Of a DNA stretch of 64,000 nucleotides, positions 45,994 to 58,200 are shown one piece after another. Below the pieces are notes generated by a model. That model was not told the DNA's origin. It ran no database searches and saw nothing but the letters and a program-made list of their open reading frames with translations. Numbering within the stretch: position 1 is the first letter of the stretch; the number at the start of each line of letters is the position of its first letter. Source of the stretch: Candidatus Stercoripulliclostridium sp. (GTDB lineage Bacteria; Bacillota; Clostridia; Christensenellales; DTU072). Both the position numbers and the translations under genes were made by a program. The stretch is taken from positions 3,445 to 67,444 of the forward strand of contig JAZSLG010000071.1 in NCBI GenBank assembly GCA_045535235.1, in the 5' to 3' direction.

Positions 45994-48900
45994 ATGACGG
46001 AAAGTGTAATGATGCCGGTTAGAAAAATAAAAATTAACAAATTAGTTACCATTCTTTTTGCTCTACTGATTACTTTATCGGTGGTTGCTTGTTTAACTTT
46101 TGCTTCTTTTGGAGGAGGGGAGGTCGCTCTTGCTGCGAACGATAGTACCGGTTCCTCTGTGAATAACGCAACTATTAGCGGTTACGACCAAATGGTTGAG
46201 ACCGGCGCAAGCATTACGCTAAACGCAAACGCTGTGGAAACTGCCTACGCTCCCGACCTAGCCATTGCGGTTGCCGAGGCAAGAATGGAGTCGGTAATCA
46301 CTCTTAGCGGGGACTTGTGGAAGGCGGTTCAAAGCGGAAGAATAACCGCCACGTTGTATGCAAATGGATTTAACACTTACACGACCGTAAAGGGAACGGC
46401 TGGACAAAAGGAAGCCGGTTACGTCGTAAAAGGCGCTCTTAGTGGTAGTGGAAAGTTCTCCACGGCAAATACTACCTACGAGGATAAAGCTCTAACGGAA
46501 AAAACTTTACTTAACGCCGAAGACGGTAATCAAATTATAATCGAATACTATGCCACTCACACCGCGATAGACTCCAAGAACACCCTTGGCGAGTTGATAG
46601 CAGAGTCTAGCGTAGAAGGAGAGATGGAATTTGTTCTAGCGCTGGAGTTTGAGGAAGTTGTAGTAACCATAGCTTCTTCCGCCGGTGGTGTAGTAAAGGA
46701 TGCAAAAGATGAAAGCATAGACTATACCGCGGGTGAAAAGCAAATATCGTTTGGCTTTGGAGATAGTATTAAATTTACTGCTATTCCCGATGACGGCAAC
46801 TACTTTATGGGTTGGAAAAATCTATCCGCTAGCGAAAACCTCCCCGGTACCGTTTTAGACTTTGGCTATGCCGTAGATATTCCTAGTGGAGAAAGTCCTG
46901 CTTATAGCGCACAATTCCAACAAATAACCGTTGCGAAACAAGACGAATACATTTATTCCGGTACACCCACTGGTCCCGTAGTAAGGGCCGCTGCTTATAC
47001 GGGCGTTTACTATTTGTCGCACAACTATACCGGAACTACCGTTTCTGGCGAGACGGTTGATTTCAAGTCCGAAGGCGCCCAAGATATCGTTTCCGCACCT
47101 ATTCGTGCCGGTTCGTTTAATTATACTTGTGAGTTCTACTATCGCGTTTCGGTAGAAGGCGGTTATACCAAGGGAGAACGCATCGGCGGTGTTTCTATTG
47201 ACTTTGAAATTAAGAAAAATACCCCGATTGTGACGCGTGGCGAGGATAATGCAAGCAGTGTTACTCTTAGCTTTGGCGACAACTTGGACGACCTCGATTT
47301 GTCCTATTCGGCAACCAACTCCATTGATACGTTGGTACGTTTGAGTGGTGTTTTGGAGGTCTATCTCGGAGAGGAAAAAGTAGACGTTAGCAAGCTTTTG
47401 CCAATGAGTGAAAGCGGTACCGATTACACTTTGCGTTTTACTCCTACCGACCTTAATAACTACAACGTTTTGAATACCCCCTTTAAGATTTATGTTAAAG
47501 ACGATATAGCTGGTTCGGGAACGAATATTGAAGAAGGAAAAAGAGATTATACAATCAGCAAGCAAATCGCTACCGCAACCGACGTTCAAGAGGGAGTACA
47601 AACAAACTTTGCAAGTCTTACCGTGCCGGAAGGCGGGGAGTTAATCAAAGTTTCGTTGCGTGCTAACATGAAAGATGAAAGTGGACAATTCTTCTTTATC
47701 GGTTGGAGAATAGGTCTTTCACGCGACGGCTCGTTTAGCGAGAACTCTTACGATTATACCTATTTGAACTCGGGTAAAGTTAACCGTGGCGCAGATGGAG
47801 CGATAGAGTCTATAAGCGGTCTAGAATACGACTATTACCTACCGCACTATTCCAATTTAACCGATGCAGAAATGGCAAAATATACGCACGCTATTTTCCA
47901 AGCGGTCTTTATTATGGACACCACTTGTAGCGCAAATACCATAAACAAGCCTTACGTTGGTTCTCCTTCCTATACTACTCCTACTTTTATACCTGAATCG
48001 GCTTATTATTCGTTTGGACACAGCACGCCTTTATATTACTATGCCGACAACAAAGACGTTGGTGTTACGGGTGCGCCATCCGCAATAGGTGAGCATGAGT
48101 TAAGGTACAACATTATCAACCATGCGGTTGACGATACCATAGTAGACGTAAGAGTTATTAAATACAACATAACTATTGGTGTATTGGTCGCTGAAATAGA
48201 CGAGCGCAATTCCATTGTTAACGGTGGCTACGATAAGAGTAGCGGTTGGGCAAGACAAATGTATTACAATTTGAAAGTTGACGGACTACTTAGCAAGGGT
48301 GCGGAAGCTTACTACTATTCTACCGATAACGGTGAAAACTGGACTAAGATTGTAGGTACGATTGCTGATTCTACCGGATGTAACCTTTCTTTCGTCACCC
48401 CCGAAGTGGTTAACGATACCCAAGTACGCAGTTACATATTTATTGCTACCCACGAAACGAACGGTATGTCCACTATTTTGGGTGGAAAAGAATATAAAGT
48501 AGTTGCTGGTGTAGCTACTCATACTCTTGCCAAAATAGATACCGTTAATCCCTCTCTCACCTATGTGACGGAAACCACAGGTCTAAACGGTGCTTGGACC
48601 TCTTCTGCCGTTGAATATTCTGCTTTAGCAAATTATGGTGGAAGCGGTGCCGTTATGGAGGTATGTTACGTTAACAAGTCTAGCACCTTCGTAATGGTTG
48701 ATAGTAATATATCCATTAAAAAAGGTGACGAACAAATCAATACGTCGAATGAAGCCGTAAACTTTAGTATTAACACTCAATATAGCGGTAACGTTAAAAT
48801 TAGAATTAGAACGGGTACGGGATTAACTTTTGAAGTAGGCAACCTTTACGAAGTTAACATTGATATGACTCCTCCCGTTTTTAGTCCCTTTGAAAAGGAC

Positions 48901-51900
48901 CACGTTGCTACTACCGCACAAGGTTGGATTGGTGAAAATACTCAAGTAACCTTTACTATCACTAACGAGGGTGGTTCACCCCTTGTTAAGCCCACGGCTA
49001 AAGACAATAAAGGCAACACCGTGGATGTTGTTTCTGTTGGCGGCGGAAAGTATATGATAGTACTAAGCAACTCTCTCGAATACGTAATAGTTGCTTGTGA
49101 CGAAGCCGGTAACACAAGACAAGCAACTATACAAGAAAAAATAGACGTCGAAGACGTTGTTTATACCTTTGACGAAGAAAGCTTTCTTGGAAGTGAAATA
49201 GTCGAAGAAGGCGAAGAAAGATGGGCCAAAAACGGATCCAAGGTCATTTTGAACGTTAATATGGGTGCAAGTGGCGCAAGACTACGTTGCTCTGTCGATA
49301 ACGGCTCATATCAACCCGTAACCGAATTTACCGGTGGTGAAATTGGAGCTATTACCAAAAGTGTTACCTTGGAGTATGAAATTCCTTATTCAGCTAGCGC
49401 TAAAACTTACGCATTCCAAATTGAAACGGGAACGGGTGAAATTATAAACGTACCTTTTGGTGAAGTAAAATTCGATATTGAAGCACCGGTATTTACCCTT
49501 TTGACCGATTTGAGTTCGTATCAAGGAGCGAGATGGACCTCAACCGCTATTAACGCAGAGTTTACTGCAGTTGACGACCAAGGAGCTATTAATTCCGGTA
49601 TCGCCGAGGACGGCGTTAGCGTAGATAACGGTGGAAGTATTGATCACCAAGATGGCAAGTACGTACTCAAGATTGATAAATGTACCGAGTTTACCATAAC
49701 GATAAAAGACCGTGCAGGTAACTTTATCGAAGTGATAATCCAAGCAAACGTAGATACCGTTTCTCCCACCATGACCCTTAAGGCTTATATTGGTGGCGGT
49801 AATCCTAACGACGTGGAAGAAGAGGTAGACGAGCCCTACGAGGATGAAAACAGCAATGGTATATACGACGAAGGGGAAGCCTTTACCGATAAAAATAATA
49901 ACGGAAAAAGAGACACCGCCGAAGATTTTGAGGAGTATGACTTTGAAAATTGGATAACCAAAGAAAAGTATTCTGAGCCTTGGCTAAGATTGGAGTTTAC
50001 CATTAATCTTACCGCATCCGGCTCCAAGCTAGAGTACTCCAACGACAACGGCAACACTTGGAAAGCATTAACTCCCACTTATACTCCTCCTAAGGACAAG
50101 ATAGAAAGTACCATTTCAGCTCGTACTTATATTAAAGATGAGCAAAACAAGAAATATATGTTCCGTTTGGCAACGGGCTCCGGCAAATACGTATTGTACG
50201 AGTCCGGAAAAGAGCTATTCGTCAAGATTGACTCTACGGCTCCCTCTCTTCGTTCCGAAACCTTTAGGGTAGGCAATAACGCCAACTTTGACCTAAAGAA
50301 CGTATGGGTAAACCAAGACGGACAATACAGAATAATGCTACAAGACAGTTTGACCGGCTCCGGTGTAAACGTCAGTAGCGTCGTTCTAAAAGAATATCCT
50401 CTTGATGCTAGTGACGAGGCTATCTTAAAGAATGAAATTACCGCGATAGATAACACAATGAGTCAATCGGGCGACTATTTCATTTTTAACATGACGGAAG
50501 CAAAGAAATATCGTTTGTTCTTTAGTGATATGGCAGGAAACGTATACAAAGGCGATATTTTCATTCCCCATATCGATAAGACCGAAGGCTTTAGTTTAAC
50601 CATAAAAGCAAGTAAATACAATAGCTCCGGAATTGGTAACGAGCTAACTGCTAACGATTGGTTAAACGCTAACGATTACGTTCTTTTCATAGGAACGCCC
50701 ACGTTTAGTAACGGTAGTGGTTTTGGCCCCAGCGGTGGTGAAATGCAATTCTCCATAGACGGTGGCGTTACCTATCAAAGTGCTAGGACGATAAACGGAG
50801 ACGAAGTATCGGTAATCAAAAACTTTGCAAACCAATACGAAATGACGGTTAGAGCCGAGCAATACTATACCTACAAATTTAGGCTAGTAACCGGTGCGGG
50901 AGTAGAGTACGTTTACAATACCGAGTTTACCGTTCGCAAGGACAACACGTCTCCCCAAGTTTCCTCCACGCTCACCTATCAAACCGGTGGCGAGTATCTT
51001 GGAGAGTGGACCACTAAGAATTTGCGCTTCACAGTGAGCGTAACCGTAGGTGCTTCGGGCGGAACGTTGTATTACGGTATTGGCGAAACTGCCGATAGTG
51101 CAACTTGGACGGCAATAGAAGAGCTACCCAAAAACGCGGGTTATATTAATCCAATAGCTTACGATTTGGTAAGCTCCACTAACGGAAACTATTTCTTCAA
51201 AGTGGAAAGCGGACGCCCCAACGTATCCGTCGTTACTTTGGACGCACACGTAGTAAAACTTGATAATACTGCTATCGCAGTTGAATCCGTTGCTACAAGA
51301 GTGGAGGATGGCATAGCGGTAACCAGTGGTAGTTGGGTTGACGGAGATACCGATATGTATCCTAACGTTATAACGATAGGCGAAAGCGGAGTATCTGCAG
51401 TATACGTTAAGAGTAACGCCGGCTCCGGTTACGGCGAATACGTGGAAGTAACCTCGGCTAATTATATAATCGAACTAAGGGAAAACACCACTTCCTTAAT
51501 CGCTTACGTATTCAAAGTAGTATCTCAAAGCGGTATGGAAGCCGAAACCGAGGAATTCGTTATTGGTTACGATAACGTTTCACCCGAGTTTAGCTACAAC
51601 TTGGGTGGTAGTAAACTCCCCGTAGGAAACCTCTATCAAGACTGGTATATTAGCGATATTCAAATATCGGTTATGATGGCAAACGCCGTAAATTCCGGTT
51701 ATCAAATTTACTATTCCTATAGGGATAACGTAGAGAACGCCCTTTCTTCCGATTGGATAGCCGTTCAAGATAGCTTTATTCTTACCGATAACGCCGTTCA
51801 AGGCGGACTAGACCGTTACTATACAATAAAAGCGGTTTCCGGTAGCGGTAAGGAAGTAGTAAAAGACGAGGTATATCTACCAATAGATACCTACTTGTAC

Positions 51901-54900
51901 GAAGCAAGCGTAAATTGCTTTGTTGGCGATAAAAAGAGCGATGGTGCTCACGAATACGCCGAAGTTACCGGCACTGGTGAGTACAATAGGGGAAGTAGCG
52001 TAACGCTAGCGATAACTCCTAACGCTACTTACGTATTTAAGTCCATAACGGAAATAGTGGGTGAGGATGCTCCCAATATAATATTCGACTCCGCTTACGA
52101 CGCTACTGCAACGGCAACGGAAAGCAGAGTTTACGTAATTGGCTCCAAAGACGTTACTTTGGAAGTCACGTTCTACAAAGAGGTTAACGTAGAGTACGGT
52201 GTTGACGTAGTAGAAGGTGTGGAAGTAGATGCAAGCGCATTATTGCGTCAAAGTCTACAATCGGGCGAGATAAAAGAAGTTCCCGTCAAAGCAACGGAAG
52301 ACGACTTTGATGCCTTCTTTATTCCCCTTTACGATATTATTGCTATTACCTACGAAAAAGATGGTGAAGTTTTCAATAGGGCAAATGCGATTAAGGAAAT
52401 GGGAGAATACGAAATTAACGTTGCAAGCGTTAATGAAAACTATGTGATAGTAAACGGTACTCAAAGAATGGTAGTCGTTTACTTTGAAAACAACGGAACG
52501 ATAATAGACCCCTACTTGGTATACGATCTTAACGACTTCTATTATATAGACGAATATATGCACTACGAAACTGGCTACGACGTACTCGATCCTAGGGCGT
52601 ATATAATGGAAAATTTACCGGAGAACGAAAGGATAGATAGAAGAAACGCTTACTTTAAGCAAGTTGCCGACATAGTGTTAACTGCATCCTTTGTTCCCAA
52701 CGGAGACGTAGGAGAGGGATATACCAACGAGTTTAGCGGAAGCTACGATGGCAACGGTTATACCATTAGTTATAATCCCAATTCCGCTTTCGTAACTAAA
52801 GGAGACTTCGGTTTGTTCCTCAATATTAGCGGTGGCGCATCCATTACTAATTTGGGCGTAAGATACAACGTCAGCGTGGAAAATGCTAACGGTGCAAACG
52901 TAGGTTTGCTAGTAGCTAACGCGACTACCGGCGGTATCTCCTCCGTTTACGTAATAGGTAACGTCTACGTTGCTAATAGCAAGAACGTTCAAGTCGGTGG
53001 GTTTGCAGGTAGCCTTCAAGCAGGAAGCTTAATATCCGAATCTTTTGCCGACGTTACGATTTCCGTTGGCAACTCAGGCGGATACTTTGGTGGTTTCGTT
53101 GGCTATGCTAACGCATCCTATACCGCAAACGTATATACCATATCGAGAATAACCCTAAGTAACTGTGAAAAATATTCCGTAACAGCTCCTTCGGGTACCG
53201 AATTTGCCTATGCAGGTGCAGTTCTTGGTTACATAGAGAATTTGGAGGGCGCAGGTAATCCCCCAAAACAAGGTAACGAAAGCTACTACCTTGATAGCAA
53301 TATTAGTTACGACGGCTCCATTGAAAAAGGTTTGTCACTCGGTAACCGCAATACGTTTGGACAATACAATAGTTTGAGACACGCGGGCGCGAATATTGAT
53401 ATGTTTGCAAGTAACGACGAAACCTCGGCTAGCGGTGTAAAGATTATTGAGCTTGCTCACAAGACGTTAACCGTAAAACAACTTGTCAATATTAGGATTG
53501 TCGAAATTAAAGCTAATGCAAACATGGAAGGCGATGGTACTACCGATAGTCCTTTCTTGGTAGACTCACAAGAAAAATTGGCATACGTAGAAACCTTCCC
53601 ATGGGCGGTATTTAAGCAAACTGCCGATATCACTCTTAACGAAGAGCAAGGAGCAGTAGTATTTGCGGATAATATACCCTTCGTTGGAGTATACGACGGA
53701 GATAATCACGTTATAGTAGGCGCTTCCGTAGAAAGTTCCACTGCAGTATACGGCGGAATTTTTGGTGTAGTAAGCGGAACGATAAAGAACCTTAAAGTTA
53801 TTAACGTCGCATTCAATTACGGCGGAGATAACGAGCTTTATGCCGGTGGCTTGGTAGGTGTTTTGGAAGGCGGTTCTATCCAAAACGTGGTTGTAACCGG
53901 TACTTTGGAAATAAATAGTTCTGCAAAAGTAATCTATGCAGGCGGTTTGGTCGGCGTTATGATAGACGGTAACGTGGATAATTCCATTAGTATGGTAAAC
54001 GTAACCGCACACGGTGTAAACGTTGTAATTGGTGGCGTAGTTGCCCAAGTACAAGGAAAGGCTTACTTACAAAACGTGGTCAACCTTTCGGCAATAAGCA
54101 CGCGTTACGAAGAAAAAGCCAACGTAGGGTCTACGCTAGGCTCGGCAAATAGTAACGAAGCAGTACTCCAAAGCGTATATCACTTGGTACAAAACGCCTA
54201 TGCGAACGATAAGATAATTTCTTCCGCAATAGGTTACGATAGCGGTGCAACGCAAGAAGACGTCGTTGCCAAGACCTATCAAGGAATAATGGAAACCGTA
54301 GTATCTATCGGCGTAGTTCAAGAGGTAGTTGGTACGCTCTATCCCTTTGAGGGTAAGGGTACCAAATTAGACCCCTTCCAAATTGATAGTTACGCTAAGT
54401 TAGAGCTGGTAGGTAACTATATGTACGCAAGCTTTATACTAACCGATAACGTCGTAATTGGCGACTGGAACGACGACGGTAAGCTAGACTTTGCAGACGA
54501 CTACGATTACGACTATGAGGTAATTGGCAAGGGCGCAACCTTTACCGGTTCGTTTGACGGCGACGGTTATTCCATTATTGGATTAAGCGATAGCTTGTTT
54601 GCAGTAAATGCCGGTGCAATAAGCGACTTAACGCTAAACCTTAATTATAAGATATACGCGAGCGAGAACGATATTCCCGAGGAGGACAAAGTATACGATG
54701 CTACTACCGGTAAAGAGTATACCTCCTCCAAAGTAGCAAGGATGGGCGAAGAAATATTGTTCGGCGCACTCGCTAAGGTAAATACCGCAAGTGGTAGTCT
54801 AATCCGCCTATCGGTATCGGGTGATATCTACGTTCGTACTAAGGGCAATACCAAAGTGACGCTTGGCGGTTTGGTAGGCTTAGATATGGGCGGACAAATA

Positions 54901-55188
54901 GCAGCATCACGCGTTAGTGCAAATCTATCCGTTCGCGCTAACCAAATGGTAGTTGGCGGTATCGTTGGCGAAATCAAGTACGGCGACCGCGCTCTTGTAC
55001 AAATTGCTACCAACCGTATATTGATTGATAGTGGTATTGATTTGGGCGGTGGCGTAGTAATAGCCGGTGCATTCGTGGGAAGAATAGGGGTAAGCAGTAG
55101 TTACCTACCCTCCTACGGAACGGCTACCGAGGTAATAATAAACGGAGTATCACAAGGCAATACCTGCTACGTTGGACTCTCCAAGTAA
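45994..55188 (+). CDS. giant cell-surface protein (3064 aa): N-terminal TM anchor, many Ig-like modules, C-terminal GLUG-type beta-helix region
   Basis: N-terminal hydrophobic anchor LVTILFALLITLSVVACLTFASF. Module borders recur as D-x-[TV]-x-P (IDMTPPVF, DIEAPVF, VDTVSPTM, IDSTAPSL, KDNTSPQV, YDNVSPEF). There is no LPXTG motif. The exact start (ATG 45994 vs 46009/46012) is uncertain. Confidence 0.85.
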   Translation: MTESVMMPVRKIKINKLVTILFALLITLSVVACLTFASFGGGEVALAANDSTGSSVNNATISGYDQMVETGASITLNANAVETAYAPDLAIAVAEARMESVITLSGDLWKAVQSGRITATLYANGFNTYTTVKGTAGQKEAGYVVKGALSGSGKFSTANTTYEDKALTEKTLLNAEDGNQIIIEYYATHTAIDSKNTLGELIAESSVEGEMEFVLALEFEEVVVTIASSAGGVVKDAKDESIDYTAGEKQISFGFGDSIKFTAIPDDGNYFMGWKNLSASENLPGTVLDFGYAVDIPSGESPAYSAQFQQITVAKQDEYIYSGTPTGPVVRAAAYTGVYYLSHNYTGTTVSGETVDFKSEGAQDIVSAPIRAGSFNYTCEFYYRVSVEGGYTKGERIGGVSIDFEIKKNTPIVTRGEDNASSVTLSFGDNLDDLDLSYSATNSIDTLVRLSGVLEVYLGEEKVDVSKLLPMSESGTDYTLRFTPTDLNNYNVLNTPFKIYVKDDIAGSGTNIEEGKRDYTISKQIATATDVQEGVQTNFASLTVPEGGELIKVSLRANMKDESGQFFFIGWRIGLSRDGSFSENSYDYTYLNSGKVNRGADGAIESISGLEYDYYLPHYSNLTDAEMAKYTHAIFQAVFIMDTTCSANTINKPYVGSPSYTTPTFIPESAYYSFGHSTPLYYYADNKDVGVTGAPSAIGEHELRYNIINHAVDDTIVDVRVIKYNITIGVLVAEIDERNSIVNGGYDKSSGWARQMYYNLKVDGLLSKGAEAYYYSTDNGENWTKIVGTIADSTGCNLSFVTPEVVNDTQVRSYIFIATHETNGMSTILGGKEYKVVAGVATHTLAKIDTVNPSLTYVTETTGLNGAWTSSAVEYSALANYGGSGAVMEVCYVNKSSTFVMVDSNISIKKGDEQINTSNEAVNFSINTQYSGNVKIRIRTGTGLTFEVGNLYEVNIDMTPPVFSPFEKDHVATTAQGWIGENTQVTFTITNEGGSPLVKPTAKDNKGNTVDVVSVGGGKYMIVLSNSLEYVIVACDEAGNTRQATIQEKIDVEDVVYTFDEESFLGSEIVEEGEERWAKNGSKVILNVNMGASGARLRCSVDNGSYQPVTEFTGGEIGAITKSVTLEYEIPYSASAKTYAFQIETGTGEIINVPFGEVKFDIEAPVFTLLTDLSSYQGARWTSTAINAEFTAVDDQGAINSGIAEDGVSVDNGGSIDHQDGKYVLKIDKCTEFTITIKDRAGNFIEVIIQANVDTVSPTMTLKAYIGGGNPNDVEEEVDEPYEDENSNGIYDEGEAFTDKNNNGKRDTAEDFEEYDFENWITKEKYSEPWLRLEFTINLTASGSKLEYSNDNGNTWKALTPTYTPPKDKIESTISARTYIKDEQNKKYMFRLATGSGKYVLYESGKELFVKIDSTAPSLRSETFRVGNNANFDLKNVWVNQDGQYRIMLQDSLTGSGVNVSSVVLKEYPLDASDEAILKNEITAIDNTMSQSGDYFIFNMTEAKKYRLFFSDMAGNVYKGDIFIPHIDKTEGFSLTIKASKYNSSGIGNELTANDWLNANDYVLFIGTPTFSNGSGFGPSGGEMQFSIDGGVTYQSARTINGDEVSVIKNFANQYEMTVRAEQYYTYKFRLVTGAGVEYVYNTEFTVRKDNTSPQVSSTLTYQTGGEYLGEWTTKNLRFTVSVTVGASGGTLYYGIGETADSATWTAIEELPKNAGYINPIAYDLVSSTNGNYFFKVESGRPNVSVVTLDAHVVKLDNTAIAVESVATRVEDGIAVTSGSWVDGDTDMYPNVITIGESGVSAVYVKSNAGSGYGEYVEVTSANYIIELRENTTSLIAYVFKVVSQSGMEAETEEFVIGYDNVSPEFSYNLGGSKLPVGNLYQDWYISDIQISVMMANAVNSGYQIYYSYRDNVENALSSDWIAVQDSFILTDNAVQGGLDRYYTIKAVSGSGKEVVKDEVYLPIDTYLYEASVNCFVGDKKSDGAHEYAEVTGTGEYNRGSSVTLAITPNATYVFKSITEIVGEDAPNIIFDSAYDATATATESRVYVIGSKDVTLEVTFYKEVNVEYGVDVVEGVEVDASALLRQSLQSGEIKEVPVKATEDDFDAFFIPLYDIIAITYEKDGEVFNRANAIKEMGEYEINVASVNENYVIVNGTQRMVVVYFENNGTIIDPYLVYDLNDFYYIDEYMHYETGYDVLDPRAYIMENLPENERIDRRNAYFKQVADIVLTASFVPNGDVGEGYTNEFSGSYDGNGYTISYNPNSAFVTKGDFGLFLNISGGASITNLGVRYNVSVENANGANVGLLVANATTGGISSVYVIGNVYVANSKNVQVGGFAGSLQAGSLISESFADVTISVGNSGGYFGGFVGYANASYTANVYTISRITLSNCEKYSVTAPSGTEFAYAGAVLGYIENLEGAGNPPKQGNESYYLDSNISYDGSIEKGLSLGNRNTFGQYNSLRHAGANIDMFASNDETSASGVKIIELAHKTLTVKQLVNIRIVEIKANANMEGDGTTDSPFLVDSQEKLAYVETFPWAVFKQTADITLNEEQGAVVFADNIPFVGVYDGDNHVIVGASVESSTAVYGGIFGVVSGTIKNLKVINVAFNYGGDNELYAGGLVGVLEGGSIQNVVVTGTLEINSSAKVIYAGGLVGVMIDGNVDNSISMVNVTAHGVNVVIGGVVAQVQGKAYLQNVVNLSAISTRYEEKANVGSTLGSANSNEAVLQSVYHLVQNAYANDKIISSAIGYDSGATQEDVVAKTYQGIMETVVSIGVVQEVVGTLYPFEGKGTKLDPFQIDSYAKLELVGNYMYASFILTDNVVIGDWNDDGKLDFADDYDYDYEVIGKGATFTGSFDGDGYSIIGLSDSLFAVNAGAISDLTLNLNYKIYASENDIPEEDKVYDATTGKEYTSSKVARMGEEILFGALAKVNTASGSLIRLSVSGDIYVRTKGNTKVTLGGLVGLDMGGQIAASRVSANLSVRANQMVVGGIVGEIKYGDRALVQIATNRILIDSGIDLGGGVVIAGAFVGRIGVSSSYLPSYGTATEVIINGVSQGNTCYVGLSK
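49843..49914 (+). repeat. 24-residue paired Ca2+-loop-like motif, copy 1 (DENSNGIYDEGEAFTDKNNNGKRD)
   Basis: Fits D-x-N-x-N-G-x-Y-D-x-G-E-x-F-T-D-x-N-x-N-G-x-x-D. In frame in the 45994 gene. Confidence 0.6.
52790..55100 (+). repeat. GLUG-motif-like repeats (protein level) in the C-terminal third of the giant protein
   Basis: Recurring G-[GL]-[FLV]-[AV]-G units: FGLFLNISGG, VGGFAGSLQAG, FGGFVGYAN, YGGIFGVVSG, AGGLVGVLEGG, AGGLVGVMIDG, IGGVVAQVQG, LGGLVGLDMGG, VGGIVGEI. Confidence 0.6.
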
Positions 55189-55293
55189 AAAGTAGTAAAC
55201 GAAAACAAAGTGTTTAACACGAAAATAATAACCAAATAACCAAAAACAAAAGAACAAAACAAGAAATATTGTAAACTCGTAGAGAGGTAAAAT

Positions 55294-58200
55294 ATGAACA
55301 AGCAGTTTGAACTAGTACCAATGGAAGTTAACGTAACTAACGATACGGCGACCAAGAAAAAGTCACCGGCGCTAAAATTCCTAAAGTATGCAATAGTGGG
55401 GATAGCAGTTTTCCTTGCCTTTGTTATCCTATTCACCGTAGGGGCGGAAAAGATAAACCCTGCGGTAGATACCATTATGCAAAAAATGGGAATGGGCGAA
55501 CAAATCGTAGCTAACTCTTCCCCCGTAGCTCATGCCTGGACGTATGCTTGGACGAATCCGTACCCATCCAACGGCGCAAACAACGAAAACTACGTTGCGT
55601 CAACCAGTAGTTTTAGCTGGAGAGTACAAAACCAAGCTAACACGTTGCGTCCTACCACTAATCACTCTGGGTGGAACTGGGGCGTTCGCGAAAAAAGTGG
55701 TAGCGGATATAGTATAGCTGATAACGGCCAAATTTCCTGCAATACAGGTAATGCTTTTAACGTTCAAACGATATTTTACGTTGATATTTACATTGACGAC
55801 CTTGCAAGGGCAGCAATAGCTAACGGTCAAATTACCACTTGCTCGGTAAAACTTGCCGTTTCGGGCGTTGGAACTAAAAATGCTTACGACTACGGCATGC
55901 TTTACGGCACCTTCTTCATGTGCGCTTCGTACGAGGGCGAATCAAGCGCCGCTTGGAATAAGATGGGTGCAAACAACGTGACTGCAACTGGAGATAAATT
56001 TGATTGTAAACTTAATAGTAGTGGTGGAGTGAATACGCTTGCAAATTACGATAGTGGCAGTAATTTGTCATTAACGTTAAATTCGCAAATGAAAAAGATA
56101 AGGTTTGGCCTTTACTACAATATGAATAAAACGGAAAGGGCGTGGTGGTACGTCTCTGACGCGGAATGTTTTGCACCTCCACCCACCATTTCCACCAACT
56201 TTACTACCGACTCGTATAAAAACGCTAAGCTTAGTTTTTCCGTTAATGGCGCAGGTGGACACATATATCCCGCGGTTGCCAATACTTTTGGTAAATCATC
56301 TACGGATGATAACCTTGATACCTGGTCAGCTACTGATGGCAAAACTTATACGAAAGTATCATTTGACTCTGCAAATCTTTACGGCGGTGTCGATATAGGT
56401 AACGTAATTGCAAAACCCGATCCGGGCTACTATTTTTCGGGGTGGAAGATAGTGTCGGGAGGGCTTAGTAGCTCACACGATAAACGGTCTACTACGTTAA
56501 ACATTATAGACGGAGCGTACTTGAAAGGAAATACGGAGACCAAGATAACGGCGTACTTTAGGAAACTGGATATAGTAGACGTAGACAGGGAATGGATCTA
56601 CCTACAACTCTTAAAGTCTGACGGGACGTTGGAGTTGGATACTAACGGCAATCCTACGTTAGTTAGACAAGGCCCCTCAGTCGTAGTTCCTAGTGCTAAT
56701 TCCGATACCGGTACCTCGGCTTCCTTCGTTTTAACGGGAGGCGTATACTCCGATACCGGCTCAACCTTTAGCTCTAGCCACGGTATGTATCAATCTGCCG
56801 ACGGAGGTAAGACCTACAAGGATAACTTAAAACCCTATAACGCCGGTCAATACAGACTTATAGTAGGCGTGTTCGTTTCGGGAACGGAGACGAGTACCAG
56901 TAAGGTGCTGGGTTACTATATTACGACGTTTGAAATTAAAGCAGTTAACGTAACTAATAACCCGGATAATAATCACACTGTAACCACGTCTGCGGATATC
57001 GAAAAGCGTGCCTATTCCGGTACTGCGTATACTCCCGTTCCAACCTACGTTGATATAGTAGTAAACGGACGTCCGTATAGAATGCTTAACTCTACGGATT
57101 ATACAATTAATGCGTATGCAAACAACGTGAACGTTACTCGTGATCCACTTGGAGAGGCTATTAACGGTGCATACTTTACCTTTGGAGCAAAGGGTAACTT
57201 TACCGGCCAAAACGACGTTAAGTTTGGTATTGACCATCTTGATATAAGTAATTTTACTTATGAATCCGCCATGGCGACGGAAATACAACAAAACTACGGA
57301 GTCGTATATAACGGATACGAGCAAAGACCCGGTACCGGTGACCAACTACACCAATACGGCGTTATTGCAATACGTATAACGGGTGACGTTTATCAAGCAG
57401 GCGATTTGAATGCGGGAAAGGAAACCAAGACTTTTACGATTTATATTAGGACTGCCACCAACGCCTCTGCTTACAACGACGCTCTTTCAACCTATAAAGC
57501 GAGTGGCGGGCATTATTACATATACGATTACGAGTCCTTCGTTGATAAAAACAGTAACGGCGCATACGATTCGGGCGAAGAATTTACCGACCTTAACGGC
57601 AATGGTAAGTACGATACAGGTGCGGTAAATACTAATAAGGAATATTCGTCTTTAGTAATGCAAGACGAAGGTGGAAATTATCTTGGCGATAGTTATAGTT
57701 ATTTCTATATTAAATACTTGGGCAACATTTTAATACCCGACTTGGTATACGAGAATAACGTTGACGTTTGTACCTATTTGCCAAATTCATCGACCAATGA
57801 GGAAAATTGTGCTTACTTCAGTATCTTAATGGCACAAGAATCTAGCAATATGAAAGGTGAACTCAAAGCATTCTTTAATATTGCCCCTCTTGACTTGAAT
57901 AATTTACCTGATGGTAGTAGCGTAACCCTCATACCACAAACGCTATCGCACGTTTATACCTCTGAATCAATCACGCCGATACCCGACGTGGTTCAAATAA
58001 AGGTATCCGGATTATATCCTTATTTGTATTCAGCAGGTGACAATACCTACTCCAACAAGGAAACCCTTCCTATTACATATAGTATCGCGCGTGAGGAAGC
58101 TATAAGTGCGGGACTAGTGTACGAAGATGCTATCGACGTAAGCAAGACGGGCGTTGGCGGAGTACATAGCTTTAATGCATGGAACGCGTACTATAATGGT

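Noticed and set aside
49843-49914. Calling the DxNxNG motifs dockerin modules (cellulosome).
   Set aside because: Only single 24-residue units are present. They lack the helix spacing of the ~70-aa dockerin fold, and no cohesin-like gene is visible. I kept them as a generic Ca2+-loop motif.
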